A DNA stretch of 64,000 bases from Histomonas meleagridis 2922-C6/04-290x (taxonomy: Eukaryota; Protista; Parabasalia): assembly GCA_020184695.1 (NCBI GenBank), contig JAANOX010000070.1:62001-126000 (forward strand). Reading direction: 5' to 3'. The position numbers and the translations under genes are program-made. Below the pieces are notes generated by a model. The model was not told the origin of the DNA, did not search any database, and worked only from the letters and a program-made list of their open reading frames with translations. The stretch's first letter is position 1. The number at the start of each line of letters is the position of its first letter. Shown here one piece after another: positions 23,032-36,059 of the stretch.

Positions 23032-24765
23032 ATGGAAGAAGAAGAACTTTATGAAGATTATTATCAAGAAGGAAATTATGACCAAGCATATTATGAAGAA
23101 GAGTTTTATGAAGATGGATTTCAAGAAGATGCTGAAATGGATGCAGGGAATAGCATTGAGTTTGACTTTCAAGCAGACGATGTTGATCCACGAGAAACTA
23201 CTCTTCTTGGCATGGTTCAGACATTTAAAGCCATTATTTATGAGTCAGAAGCAGTTTTAGGCCCTAATAATACCATTCAATTTGATTTAAAGCGTTTTAT
23301 TTTACCATTATCACTTCAATGTGTTTATGGGTTTCTTAGTTCAGAAATTTTGATAACAATTGAACTTGAATTAAATAATTTTCGCTGGGATTTTGCGCCT
23401 AAGTCTGTTCATATTCATCATCCAGTATATGGAGAAGTTTTTCCAGGCAAAGCATTGATGCAGAATGTTGTCAAAGATTTCTTTTCTATAGATTATAAAC
23501 CACGTGAATATTATCAATGTTCGAAGTTTACACTTTGTAGTTCTACGCATCCAAACAAAGCATTAGTTGAAAAGCTTTGTGCCGAAGAGCATCTAAGTGA
23601 TTCACAATCACGGCGTGCCTTATCGTTATGTAATAATAATTATGAGCGTGCACTTCACCTTATGCGCACGGGCGAATTGTTACCCGGCGCATCCGACGAA
23701 GCCAAGCCGAGTGATTTTGCAGCATATCATCAAAACCCATTACTTTATTTTGCGTTAGAATTAGCAGAAACGCTCTTTGATCTCCAGGACCACTGCTGCT
23801 TGTGCCGCCGCCCGATCTCCAAAGGGCTTAAGCCATCTGTTTGCGACAACAAGCTCTGCAATTTTCAATTTTCTACGATTGGGATTGGCTTGTCCGTCAT
23901 TCAAGAGATTAAACGCGATGTTTCGTCAGCAGATTTATTGATTTCGTTATTTTCTGCAGCGTACGACACAAAGTTCTGCACACCGTATCCGAACGATTTC
24001 ACGCGCGATGAAATCAAAGAAATTCTGCATTACCTTCCTACGTGCGACGACATGTCCAATTATGAAAATGATCAACAGCTTGCGAAAGCGATTAGCAAAC
24101 GTGGTCTTCAGCTTGTTCGATGGATTCTTTTGTCATGTCGATCGCATTTAATTCGACTTCCACCAGAAATGGAAATTCCGATGTTCAAAGGCAGCGCGCA
24201 GTTTATGGCGCTTGTCTCTTCTTCTGAAGCTGAGTCTGCGTTCCAGTCGATCAAGCAGCAGTTCGGCGGAAGTATTTATCTTTTCCACGGTTCGCACGCA
24301 GAGCGCTGGCATTCGATCATTCGAAACGGACTTGTGAATGCGTCAGGAACGAGTTTGCAAGCGAATGGTAGTTGTTACGGCAAAGGTATATACTTTGCGA
24401 AGGACTCGAACACATCGTGGGGATATTCGCAGATGAAAGAGAACAATTACAGAAGTTCGAAATTGGGCAAAAATTTGAAGGTGATTTCGTTGTGCGAAAT
24501 CGCGAATTTACCAATTGGAAAAGAAGTAACAGCGAAATACGAAGTGCGAAACAAAGACGGAACAATGCAGCAGAAGTCTGTCAAAGGGCGCATGGACTCG
24601 CACAGCAACGAGTGGGCGTACACGCTCACTATCGAAGAGGCGTGCGTCGTCAGGTTCGTTATGGTCGGAGGGTCGTTCTCAGTGGACGTGAAGAAAAATC
24701 CGCCAAAGAACGTTCCGTCACTTCGCTCTGTTCTTGATTATCAAATGAATCAAAGTATAAACTAA
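23032..24765 (+). CDS. PARP6/PARP8-like mono-ADP-ribosyltransferase
   Basis: FHGSHAERWHSIIRNGLVNASGT...YGKGIYF catalytic motif, preceded by the Cys-rich CCLC..KPSVCDNKLC finger typical of PARP6/8; acidic N-terminus. Confidence 0.85.
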   Translation: MEEEELYEDYYQEGNYDQAYYEEEFYEDGFQEDAEMDAGNSIEFDFQADDVDPRETTLLGMVQTFKAIIYESEAVLGPNNTIQFDLKRFILPLSLQCVYGFLSSEILITIELELNNFRWDFAPKSVHIHHPVYGEVFPGKALMQNVVKDFFSIDYKPREYYQCSKFTLCSSTHPNKALVEKLCAEEHLSDSQSRRALSLCNNNYERALHLMRTGELLPGASDEAKPSDFAAYHQNPLLYFALELAETLFDLQDHCCLCRRPISKGLKPSVCDNKLCNFQFSTIGIGLSVIQEIKRDVSSADLLISLFSAAYDTKFCTPYPNDFTRDEIKEILHYLPTCDDMSNYENDQQLAKAISKRGLQLVRWILLSCRSHLIRLPPEMEIPMFKGSAQFMALVSSSEAESAFQSIKQQFGGSIYLFHGSHAERWHSIIRNGLVNASGTSLQANGSCYGKGIYFAKDSNTSWGYSQMKENNYRSSKLGKNLKVISLCEIANLPIGKEVTAKYEVRNKDGTMQQKSVKGRMDSHSNEWAYTLTIEEACVVRFVMVGGSFSVDVKKNPPKNVPSLRSVLDYQMNQSIN

Positions 24766-24875
24766 AAAATAATAAAATTAAAAATATGTAAAAGTTATCA
24801 ACGTATAATTTGTATCTTTATTAAATTATAAATATATTTAAGAATGTGAATGCAGAAATGTTCAAAATTATGTAT

Positions 24876-26071
24876 TCATTCGATATATGATAGAACTATT
24901 TGAAAGATTTCAAATGTATTTTCATCACATTCAACTTCTGTCATTAATTCATAAATAATATTTTGTAATTCATAAAAATATTGTGAATATGTATTCAGAT
25001 ATTCTTTTCCATTTGCTAACATTATTTCAATACACTTTATACATCGAAATGTAAATGTTTTATCGTCTAAAAAATCAATTAATAATTGAAATATTTTTTC
25101 ATTTTTCCATTTTATAAAGTCATAAAATATTAAAATTGATTTCAAAAACAAAACTTTAATATCATATGTTAAATTCCTTTCTAACATTATTATAATTATT
25201 TTTACAGATTTCAAAATTATTAATATTTCCTTTCCAATTTTTTCTGAATTAACTATAAAAAAATATTTAATATACTTTTAAAAACTATAATTTCGTTATT
25301 ATTTTGAAGAATATTCATAAGAAATATATTAATATCATTAGATAAATGATTTGATAATGATAAAAGATTAAATAAATTTACTTTCGTTTCTGTTTCTTGA
25401 ATATTTTCATATATTATCATTAAATTTTCAACAATTAAATTAAAAAACATTTCAAAATTTTCATTAATTTTCAAAAACATAACACATTTAATACCAAATA
25501 TTAAATCAATTTCTTCTGTAGAATGAATTAAATCATAAATATATGGATAAATATTAATTTCATGTCGAAATGTACAAAGATATAATATAATTTTATTTCG
25601 TAATGAATTAGTTACAAAATTAAGTTTCGTTAATATTTGATATTGTGTACATAATATTAAACAATATTCTTCTGATGTAACACAAATATAATAAAGAATT
25701 TGAAATGAATCATCTGCGGTAAATGAATTATTTAAGAATGATATTAATATATTTAAATCATTATCATTCATAAATTCTTCACTATTAAAATTATCTGTAA
25801 TATAATATGAAAATTAATTTTTAAAAATTTTAAAACTTCCTTCAAATGAAAGATTTCTTTTAAAAACATTAAACATTTCATAATAAGGAAAATCTGAAAA
25901 AAATAATGTTAATTCATCTTCATCCATTAAATTTAAATTAGAAAGTAAAATATTTACTTGACGAATTTGTTCTTCATATAAATTCGTATGCATTAAAATT
26001 ATTAATTCTTTTCGATTATAATCTAAAAGTTCTATATTTTTTTCACTATGATCTCTGGTTAAATTTTCCAT
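24876..26071 (-). CDS. AT-rich ARM/HEAT-like hypothetical protein (frameshifted in this copy)
   Basis: Three track fragments join into one ORF when compared with the mirror copy at 42715-43897. Confidence 0.55.
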
Positions 26072-26422
26072 GTAACAAATTTGAAAAAATACAGAATAAA
26101 AAATGATAATTGACAAACTTTGTTTAACATTCAAAATGATAAAATAAACAATTTTAAGTTAGAATTAAATTAAAAAAAAAAAAACAATTCATTTATGCAT
26201 ATTAAGATTTATTGAAATCTATATAGTATAATTTTATTCAATTTATATATTTGATGATATGTTAATTTATTTATCATTCCTTGATTAATAATTTTTATGA
26301 ATGTTTTTTTAAGATGTAGAATTAAAAATTACATAATTTTAAATAAAAGATATATTTTAATAAAAGAAAAAAAAAAAAATGATTTTAATTAACGGTCAAA
26401 ATCACAAAATTTTTCTTGACAA

Positions 26423-27025
26423 ATGATGGAAAGTATTTTCATTAAAGTCAATTCTATCAAAGGGATTCAACATCATAAACATAATCATTATATCATTCGA
26501 GTTAATTTAAGTGAGACACCAGATTATTCACAAGAAAGTGTTTTAATTTTTGAAAATGAATTTTTAACGAACAGTATATTTAGTTTACCATATTCGAATG
26601 CAACAGGTAAAAACATGATTAATATTGCAATTCTAAATCAAAATAAAAAAGAAGAAGTTTTATGTCGAGTTTCACTTCCTTTGCAATGGTTTCCACATAA
26701 TTTTGTTGTTCATGAGACATATCCAATGAATCCAAAAGAGTTTAATATTGAAATGGATGTTCATATTTGTAAAAATGAAAACGAAGCTTTTCGTGCACCA
26801 AATGGAAATCTTCTAGTTATTCCAGCATGGAAACCAATTCCACAACAATCACAGCAGCAACAACCACGAACACAAATGCAACAAAATCCATCAATTTTGT
26901 TAGGTATTCCAAAAATTCTTTATGGGCCAGTTCCACAAACATTTACACAATCAATTACACAAACATTTGCTCGGCCATTACCACAAGTTACACAACAACA
27001 ATTGCGTTATTATAATCCTTATTAA
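26423..27025 (+). CDS. C2-like domain protein with Q/P-rich tail
   Basis: Beta-rich N-terminus ending RVSLPLQWFP..VVHETYPM, then a Q/P-rich tail. Confidence 0.55.
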   Translation: MMESIFIKVNSIKGIQHHKHNHYIIRVNLSETPDYSQESVLIFENEFLTNSIFSLPYSNATGKNMINIAILNQNKKEEVLCRVSLPLQWFPHNFVVHETYPMNPKEFNIEMDVHICKNENEAFRAPNGNLLVIPAWKPIPQQSQQQQPRTQMQQNPSILLGIPKILYGPVPQTFTQSITQTFARPLPQVTQQQLRYYNPY

Positions 27026-27079
27026 TAAAAAATATTTTTTTTTTTTGATTTTGCCACTTTTCGCACGTTAATTCAGAAA

Positions 27080-27769
27080 ATGTTTTTTTTATATTTATTT
27101 CTTCAAAAATGTATTATGATTCGATTATTTCCAAAACCAGTGATAGAATTAACAGATAAGAACTTTGAACGTATCATAGATAATCGCCAAAATTCGTCAG
27201 TATTTTTTGTAATGTTTCATGGTGAACAATGTCCAGCATGTCGTGCATCATATCCAGGATTTATATCAGCATCTAAAAAACTTGAAGGTATGATTACATT
27301 TTGTCATATAGATATTTCACGAAATCCAAAGTTATCACAACGGTTTCGAATAACATCAATTCCAACATTTTTAATTTTTCATTCTAAAGGTATTTCTACA
27401 CATTTTAGTTTCTTTAGAAGTGAATCTACATTTATTAAAGCGTGTACTAGTTATATTCCAAATTATTGTGAAACGCCAAATATTTCTTGGCTAAATGATG
27501 AAAGAAATAGTGTTATTTTATTTAGTAATCGAAATCAGCCACCTATTTATTGGTTATCAATTAGTAATAATTTTCAAAATGAACATCTTCGCATTGGTTA
27601 TACACATAATAAAACAATTTTTAAAGAATTTCAAATATTAAATAAAGAACAAATTATATTAATTAAAGATAAAGAAACTCAATATTATAAAGGTCCGATG
27701 GATTATTTAAATATTTCGACGTATATTAAAGAAAATATTAAAGATAATGAAATAATAAAAGAACTTTAA
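27080..27769 (+). CDS. Thioredoxin-domain (PDI-like) ER protein
   Basis: Hydrophobic N-terminus, IELTDKNF, CPAC active site, ITSIPTF, C-terminal IKEL (KDEL-like). Confidence 0.8.
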   Translation: MFFLYLFLQKCIMIRLFPKPVIELTDKNFERIIDNRQNSSVFFVMFHGEQCPACRASYPGFISASKKLEGMITFCHIDISRNPKLSQRFRITSIPTFLIFHSKGISTHFSFFRSESTFIKACTSYIPNYCETPNISWLNDERNSVILFSNRNQPPIYWLSISNNFQNEHLRIGYTHNKTIFKEFQILNKEQIILIKDKETQYYKGPMDYLNISTYIKENIKDNEIIKEL

Positions 27770-27794
27770 AAAAAAAATATATATTTTATTTTAT

Positions 27795-29205
27795 TTATTC
27801 TACAATAAAAGAAAAAGGTTTTCTTTCATTAAATATATTTCTTTGAAACAAAAATGCATTTTTTGATATATTTTCATTTTCACTTTCAAGTAAATTTTCT
27901 ATAGTTTCGATTATGTTATTTTGTAATATTTCTTCTTTAATATTATAATTAATTTTATAAATTTCTTCAATTTGATACATTTTATATATACAAATTAATG
28001 AGTTTTCAATAAGTTCTTCGTTTTCTAAATCAAATGTCGATATTAAAATTTCGATAATGTTTTTCGTTTCTTTGTTTTTTTCTTTATATTCATTATATTG
28101 TTCAAATAATATTTGATATTGTTTAATACTACAAAATCGAAGAATATTCGTTAATAGAAATATTGATTCAATAGTGATATAAATGTTATTATCATTACAA
28201 AGTTCAATTATTCGTTGAATTAAATGATATTCTTCAATATAATCAATTAAAATTTCTTGAATATCTTTTTTAATTAAACTATTCGATAAAAAACGTAACA
28301 AAGGAAACAAAACTCGAAAATGTTTATTTAATAACATTTCAATTATTAAGTTATAATTAAATTCGATTTTAATATTTTCTTCTAAATTTATATTTATAAA
28401 TAATTCGATAATAGACTGAATGATTTTAATTTTAAGTTCTTCATCATTAATTTCATATTGAAGTAATTTCTCATAATATTGAATCGGTGTTAACTTATTA
28501 ATTATAATGTTTTCTAAATAATATTTCAAATATTGAAAATTGTTTTTAATTAATTCTTGAATTGATTTAATTAATGTTGGTATATATTTATTATAACATT
28601 GAATAATAAAATGATGTATATATTTACAAAGAATTTCAAATTTAGTTCGTTCAATTGGATAAAGACAAAGTGAATAAATTAATTGAATCGAATGTTTTTG
28701 TATTGTTTTGTTTTGTGAAAGAACATAATTTTGGAATGTTTCAAAATTAAGAACTTCAATGATTTTATCACGTGAATATCTTGAATTATAATTAATGTTA
28801 ATAAAACATTGTAAAAATTGATGGAATTAAATATTCTTCTTTATCTTCAATAAATTTATTTAAAATATTAACAAATCCTTTTTCAACAGTACTTTCAATT
28901 AAAATATTATGTGAATGTTGAAAAATATTACAATAAAATGTAATAATTGATTCTTGAATTTCTTCTTTATAATTATTTGTTAAAAAAAAAATATCTTGAA
29001 TTTTATTTCGTTCAAATGTTTCATCAATATCAAGATAATCATTAACACTATAAAGATAAAGTTTGGTGATATATTTTAATAAATAATTTTCGTCGTTATT
29101 TTTGAAATAAGATTCTCGTATTTTTTCATAAAGTTTCGAAACTTTCGATGATATTTCTGGTCTTGTTAATGTTATCATTTTGGTTAATTTATTAGTTTCT
29201 ATCAT
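27795..29205 (-). CDS. ARM-repeat (importin-alpha-like fold) protein, frameshifted copy
   Basis: Two fragments matching the intact 481-aa ORF at 39543-40988. Confidence 0.6.
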
Positions 29206-30102
29206 AAATTTCTCTTTCTTTTTTTTGTTTTCTTTCATCTTTTTTTTTTTAAACGACCATAAACTTTTCAAAACACAAAAAAAGATAAAAGCTTTCAAAT
29301 TTCTCATGACATAAAATATTTATTCAATTTTTCATATTATCATCTATTACAAATGAATGAAAAATTTGTTTGTGTTTGCTTAATAATAATTCTTTAAATA
29401 AATGTTTTCATTTATTAAATATATAATTTTAAAAAGGATACAAAAAAATATTTAGCTTAATGAATTTTAATATAATAAAAATATATTTTCTTCATTGAAT
29501 AAATATTATAATAATTTCTATTTTGAAGCACAAAAATGTAAAATGGCTTTTCCATCTCATTCGCATTGAGTTGAAATCGAAAATGAAAAGAAAACAATAT
29601 ATAAAGAATAAGTAAGAAAAAAAATTCAAATATATATATAACAAACATTACTAAAACTTATTTCTTGAAAAAATTATAAATTTATTCAATGAAAATATTG
29701 AAATATTTGTTGAACCTTCTTTAAATTATTATGATAAATGTTTTTCAGAAACATTTTTAAATGTTATTTGTAATTTGTTATATTTATCATATATAAATCA
29801 AAATCAAAATAAAAAAAAATAATTATATTATTAATAAAGTTTCATTAATTTTTTGAAACAAAAGCTATAACAAGCAATAAACCCCTGGAGAATATGAAAG
29901 TTATCAATAAAAAAATCGTCACTGTTTTTAATCGAAATAAGGCTCAAGTTAAATTTAATTTAGTTTTATTCAAAGAAAAGATTGAATGAGAACGATTAAT
30001 AACAATTCAATCAAACTCCGATATCGGGCTCTCATTCCGTTAATAAACGGTCTAAGATTCCATAAAATTTTAACTGCAAAAGCTGAATTTAAATTTTTAT
30101 TG

Positions 30103-32058
30103 ATGGGATTATCTCATAGTAATACTATAAAATACAACAACCTTCAAACGTTACAAAATTTTGAAGAAATCATTTTTAATTTAAATGAAAATAATATTGA
30201 TGAAACAGTTAAATCTTTATTAAATTATTTTTCAAATGAATTATCATATTCTTATATTTTAATATTATCTCGAATTATATATTCATATTTTATTTCAAAT
30301 CAACAAGAACATGAAAAATTATGTTTTGATTTATTACGAAATATTGAAGATAAATTAAATCACAATGTTATTACTATATTTATACAATTATTATTTTCTA
30401 TAAATAATCAAGAAACAAATTATCTTCTTGAAATAATGTGTAAAAAAACTCGATGATTAAAAACCAAATGTTATTCAAAAGTAAAACAATATCTTTATAT
30501 TTTTTTCACATTATATTCACAAGGAAAATATTAATAATTATATTGAATTAATAAGAAAAACATGGAATTAATGAAATTAATAAAAAAATATTAAAATAAA
30601 AAGAATCAAATCATATTGATTTTGTAAAGCAATTTGTATATAATTATGAAAAGTTATCAAAGAATGATTGGGAATTACATAAGAAATTAATTAAAGAAGG
30701 ACATAATCCAAATGAAATTGCGAAATAATTCGAAATGATGAAATCAAAAAACTTCAAAAAGTTTCATCACAAACAAATTTTGATTTTAACCAAAAAATTG
30801 AACCATCACTTTATAAAAGATGTTCATTTATTAATCAAGAAAATGTTTCTTTAATTGATTATGCAGCATTTTTTTCTTCAATAAAATGTTTTAAATATTT
30901 ACTTATGAATGGTGCAAAAAGTAGAAAACGCAGCTAAGTATTCAATTCCAAGTGGAAATGAAGAAATTATTCATTTATGTGAACAAAATCATTCATCATA
31001 AAAAATGTATATTATATTGTAATTTTGATATCCTTTCATTTTTAATTAAAGAAGGAATGAATAATGAAACCCTCATTCTTGATTCAATTACCACAGGTAA
31101 TTTATATATTGTTCAATATTTTCTTAAAATAAAATCAATTTCTTTAAAATTATCAAAAATTACAAGTTTTTCAGGGAATGAAGAACTTATAGACTTCCTT
31201 ATTCATAAAAGATATATTAACTTAAAAAAAGATGTTTGTTAATTTTATTGAATATTTAATAATTTTTTTTATTATTTCATAATAATTTTTACAATTTTTT
31301 CAAATTTTTTCATGAATTTTTAAATGCATCTGAAAATGGTTATATTGATATATTTAAAATACTTCTTCATCAAGAAGGAATAAATATTAATGCCAAAGAT
31401 ATAATTTATATGTTTTATTTAATATTTGAGAATAATATTTAAAAATTATTTAAATTATTTAAAACAGCACTTATTTATGCATCTGAAAAAGGTTATGTGG
31501 AAATCGTTAAATTACTTCTTGAACAAGAAGGAATTGATATTAATGTTGAAAGTATTTTATTGTTTTGCTTAAAATTTATTTTAATAATTTTGGAATATTT
31601 TAAAATGACTTTTAAAATTTGATTAGATAACTTATGACAACATTTATGTATGCAGCTAAATATTATCATATAGAAATAGTTAAATTACTTTTGGAACAAG
31701 AAGGAATTGATATTAGTAATCAAAAAATTAATCTGTTTTATTTTTTATTTATTTTAATATTATGGAATTTCAAAATAATATTTCATAATTATTTTAATTA
31801 TTTTATACTATACTTACATGAACATGTGATAATTGCTCAATAGTAATCTTTAAATTACTTCTTGAACAAGAAGGAATTGATATTAATGCTAAAGACTATA
31901 TTTATTATAATAATTTCGTATTTCAAAATAATATTTGGAAAATATTTTAATTATTTAAAACAATACTTTTATGGGCATGTGAAAAGTGCACAAAAGAAAT
32001 CATTAAATTACTGATTGAGCAAAATTACCGATATTCAAATCAAAGATTATGTTTTTGA
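30103..32058 (+). pseudogene. DUF3447-ankyrin gene B with spacer-interrupted repeats (left copy)
   Basis: LIDYAAFFSSIKCF motif; repeats split by 77/63/83/80/63-nt spacers; in-module TGA at ~31819 in both copies; ~100-nt deletion relative to the mirror. Confidence 0.7.
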
Positions 32059-32660
32059 GCGTTGTAAATGTTTCCCATTCGTTTTGAGATTTCTGATTTG
32101 TTGTTGTCTGCTTTTGGTGCATTTATAACTGATACTTATTATTGAATTTTGGGAATATTGATCACTTTTTCTAAATTCTGCTTTTTAACGGTCGGATATT
32201 TGCGGATTAATTTTTATTTTAAAAGAGTTTAATATATAGTATTATATAGAGAAGTAATTTTACTATATTCTTAACTTCCTGAAGTACAATAGTACTTAAA
32301 TTTGTTATTAAGAATTTAAAAGATAAATAAATAATAACCATATACAATTTTATATGAAACTAATAATTAAGAATTTGGTATAATAAAAGAAATGAATTAT
32401 TAAAAAGATTAAAAGCAAAGCAAATAATTTATCTTATTTTGGAACAAATATATATTTGTTTTATTTAATTTTAATAATTTAATGTTTCAAAATAATATTT
32501 TTTTTTAAAGACTTAATTAATATCAATAAATCTTTTGTGTTAAATGAATAAAAGATATTTAATTATAAATTTTAAATTTTGATGAAAAAATTCAACATTT
32601 GTCATTGCGGTTATAGAAAAGTGACGACCATTTTTTTTCTTAATAAAAAAAGGGAAAGAA

Positions 32661-33290
32661 ATGAGTAATAATCCATTATATACATATAAAGTTGTAGTAG
32701 TAGGGTCATCAGGAGTTGGTAAGACAGCTGTTGTTCAACGTTTAATTGAAAATGTATTTAATGTTGATAATCAAAGTACTATTGGAGTTGAATTTAAATC
32801 ACATTGTATCACATTTGATGATGAAACGGTACGATTAAGTATTTGGGATACAGCAGGTCAAGAACGATTTCGTTCAGTTTCTAAAGCATATTTTCGAAAT
32901 GCAGTTGGAGCAGTATTAGTATTTTCACTTGATAGTATTGATACATTTAATGATTTAGATAGTTGGATTAATGATCTTAACAAATTATCTACACCTAATG
33001 CAGCCATAATTTCTTAATTGGGAATAAGTGTGATCTTAAGAATGATCGTCAAGTTAGTGAAAGTGAAGCATTAGCATTTGCTGAACGACATCATATTGAA
33101 TATTTAGAAACTTCAGCCAAAGATAATACTATATTGGAGGAAACATTTGTTCGTTTATCACGTAAAAATTCATGAACGAGTTAAACGAGGCGAAATTCAA
33201 GGTACATTTCAAGTACCTACAGCACCACCACTTGATACGCGATCATTTTCTACGAATAATACCACAACTAATAAAACATGTCCATGTTGA
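32661..33290 (+). CDS. Rab GTPase (left copy, frameshifted at ~33013)
   Basis: GSSGVGKT, STIGVEF, WDTAGQE, GNKCD, ETSAK, C-terminal CPC. Confidence 0.85.
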
Positions 33291-33993
33291 AAATGAACAA
33301 CACAAATGAAACATTCATTCATACATTAATAAATTTGGAAATATTTAATATTTTATTTTTGCTCTTTAACCAAATTCGTTTTTGTATAATTTATATTTGG
33401 CAAATGTTTTTTGCTTCAGACAAACCTTGTCAAAAAAGAAAAAACTATTGAGAAGCTAACAAAATCATATAAATTATTGATTTTTAGAATTTCTCCACAT
33501 TTTTTGAGTTTCATATTCTGGTGAATGCCCTTAATCAAAAATTTTATAAATAACATATGCTGAAAAAGAAAGAGAATCAAAGATTTATGATGAATCATTA
33601 ATAATACATTATAATATATTTAAACCTACATATCTGTTGAAAGAATAAATAAAATAATATTGGAGGGGGGAAAAAGGGTGTACATTTTAGAATAAGGATA
33701 TTTTTAATAAACTCAATGGTCAGAACAATTTTTTTATATCACATTCCCAAAACTACCTGGGGATTCCCCGCCTTTTTTACACAATTTTTTTGCTACTAAA
33801 ATTAACAAGGTTTGTCTGTAGCAAAAAACGATTCCCCTGATATTTGTTTGCCTAAATTTTACTCTAAGCACTGCTTTAAGGAACTGTTGTAATGTTAATT
33901 ATTCTATGATATGGTCAAAAATTATCAAAAATGCATTATTTAGTATCTTTTCCATATCAAACAAACTTTGAGAAAATAAAATTTCCTATTTAA

Positions 33994-34941
33994 ATGGAAG
34001 AGAGAAAAAAAAGCATCATTTCAATAACAAAAAAGTTTATTAAAAAACTATCTTACTTGGAGTATGAAAATGCTACAGAATTTTATAGATTTTTTCAAAA
34101 TTTATTAAATGAATATGATAATAAATTAATGAACGATCAAGATGATTACATTAACAAATTAGAAAATAAAATAAAATCCGCTAGGAATAATTTTTGCTCT
34201 ATTGATTATCAGTCTACCTTACAAAAACGCGAAATAACAATTCAATTAAATGAAAAAATCAAAGAATACAACCAGCTTAATCGGAAAATCAATAACGTTA
34301 AATCTATTAATGCTAAAACAGATGCTTTTAATAGTTTTTTAAATTTAAATTTATTAAATGATCAGCAAATTCCAAAAAACAAAATTCATATACCCACTTC
34401 ATCCACACCAAAACCTACTTCCAAAAATACAAGCATTGGTTTAGCTCAAGATAATATCATTTCACAATACCAATCAGAATTAGAAAATATCAAATCAATC
34501 ATTTCAACAACTCACAACAAAATTCTTAATCACAAAATCGCTCACTACAATGCAAACATTAAATTTTTATGCAAGCAAATCACACTCACAAGGCGAGCTA
34601 ATGCACGTTTAATGTCATCGCTCGATTCCGTTTTGGAATTGCTCAACATCGATGCGAATTCTTTTACATTTGATTCGACACCTAAACAGATGTGTGATAC
34701 ATTTATTGAAGTTATAAAACGTCTTAATCTTTCTGAGCTATTGAACATCGGATTAAAGAGAACAAATGTTATTTCGCATTTAAAAAAATTACAAAAAGAA
34801 AAAATACAAAAATTCAAAGAAAACATAAAAAATGAAATTCGTATATCACAAATTAACCAAAGTATACTCAGCGACAGAATTAAAATCGCTAACGCTATGA
34901 TAAATTATAAAATGAAACTGAATTTTTATGAAAATGTTTAA
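33994..34941 (+). CDS. Hypothetical coiled-coil protein in the unique spacer between the B arms
   Basis: 315 aa intact K/N/E-rich ORF; no recognised motif. Confidence 0.6.
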   Translation: MEERKKSIISITKKFIKKLSYLEYENATEFYRFFQNLLNEYDNKLMNDQDDYINKLENKIKSARNNFCSIDYQSTLQKREITIQLNEKIKEYNQLNRKINNVKSINAKTDAFNSFLNLNLLNDQQIPKNKIHIPTSSTPKPTSKNTSIGLAQDNIISQYQSELENIKSIISTTHNKILNHKIAHYNANIKFLCKQITLTRRANARLMSSLDSVLELLNIDANSFTFDSTPKQMCDTFIEVIKRLNLSELLNIGLKRTNVISHLKKLQKEKIQKFKENIKNEIRISQINQSILSDRIKIANAMINYKMKLNFYENV

Positions 34942-35428
34942 TCATTTAAATAATCATAAAATGTGAATAAATATAAATTGTTGTATAAATAAATGTTAAA
35001 TAGATGGACCTTTTATCTTTTATTTTGAACAACTTCTACATATTAAAATAAGTCAAAATTGTCTACTGAAAGTTCACATCTGTGTTTTCATTTCAATAAA
35101 ATTTCATTTAAAAACCACTGCAAATGTAAAATATATTCATATAAAAGAATAGAAATATCAATTTAATTGAATATCAAAAACATGTGTATAAATCGAATTT
35201 TATCTATTTTCATATTTATATCATTATCTTCTACACATTCAAGAATTTTACAAATAGAATTATGTTTTTTAATAAACAATTTGTTTTTGAAAACCAACAA
35301 TTGAATACTTTATATCTTTCGAATGTAATTAAATTTATTGATAGAAAATTAATATCGCATAAAAAGAATATTAAATATTTCCAAATTTATTAATGTATGA
35401 ATGAATGTTTCATTTGTGTTGTTCATTT

Positions 35429-36059
35429 TCAACATGGACATGTTTTATTAGTTGTGGTATTATTCGTAGAAAATGATCGCGTATCAAGTGGTGGTGCTGT
35501 AGGTACTTGAAATGTACCTTGAATTTCGCCTCGTTTAACTCGTTCATGAATTTTACGTGATAAACGAACAAATGTTTCTCCAATATTAGTATTATCTTTG
35601 GCTGAAGTTTCTAAATATTCAATATGATGTCGTTCAGCAAATGCTAATGCTTCACTTTCACTAACTTGACGATCATTCTTAAGATCACACTTATTCCCAA
35701 TTAAAATTATGGCTGCATTAGGTGTAGATAATTTGTTAAGATCATTAATCCAACTATCTAAATCATTAAATGTATCAATACTATCAAGTGAAAATACTAA
35801 TACTGCTCCAACTGCATTTCGAAAATATGCTTTAGAAACTGAACGAAATCGTTCTTGACCTGCTGTATCCCAAATACTTAATCGTACCGTTTCATCATCA
35901 AATGTGATACAATGTGATTTAAATTCAACTCCAATAGTACTTTTGATTATCAACATATTAAATACATTTTCAATTAAACGTTGAACAACAGCTGTCTTAC
36001 CAACTCCTGATGACCCCTACTACTACAACTTTATATGTATATAATGGATTATTACTCAT
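35429..36059 (-). CDS. Rab GTPase (right copy, frameshifted near 35945)
   Basis: Mirror of 32661-33290; the indel is at a different site from the left copy. Confidence 0.85.

Larger units (their letters stand above)
22995..33352 (+). repeat. Inverted duplication arm B (left copy, ~10.4 kb)
   Basis: Seven genes mirrored in reverse order at 45543-35365, near-identical apart from indels. Confidence 0.95.

Noticed and set aside
23158-23395. 238-nt segment missing from the right PARP copy as a spliced intron
   Set aside because: It is in-frame coding sequence in the left copy, not a multiple of 3, and has no splice signals; a deletion or read skip.
33752-33770. ACTACCTGG as a U1 snRNA 5' end
   Set aside because: Lacks one T of ACTTACCTG, and no U1-70K loop, U1A loop or Sm site follows.
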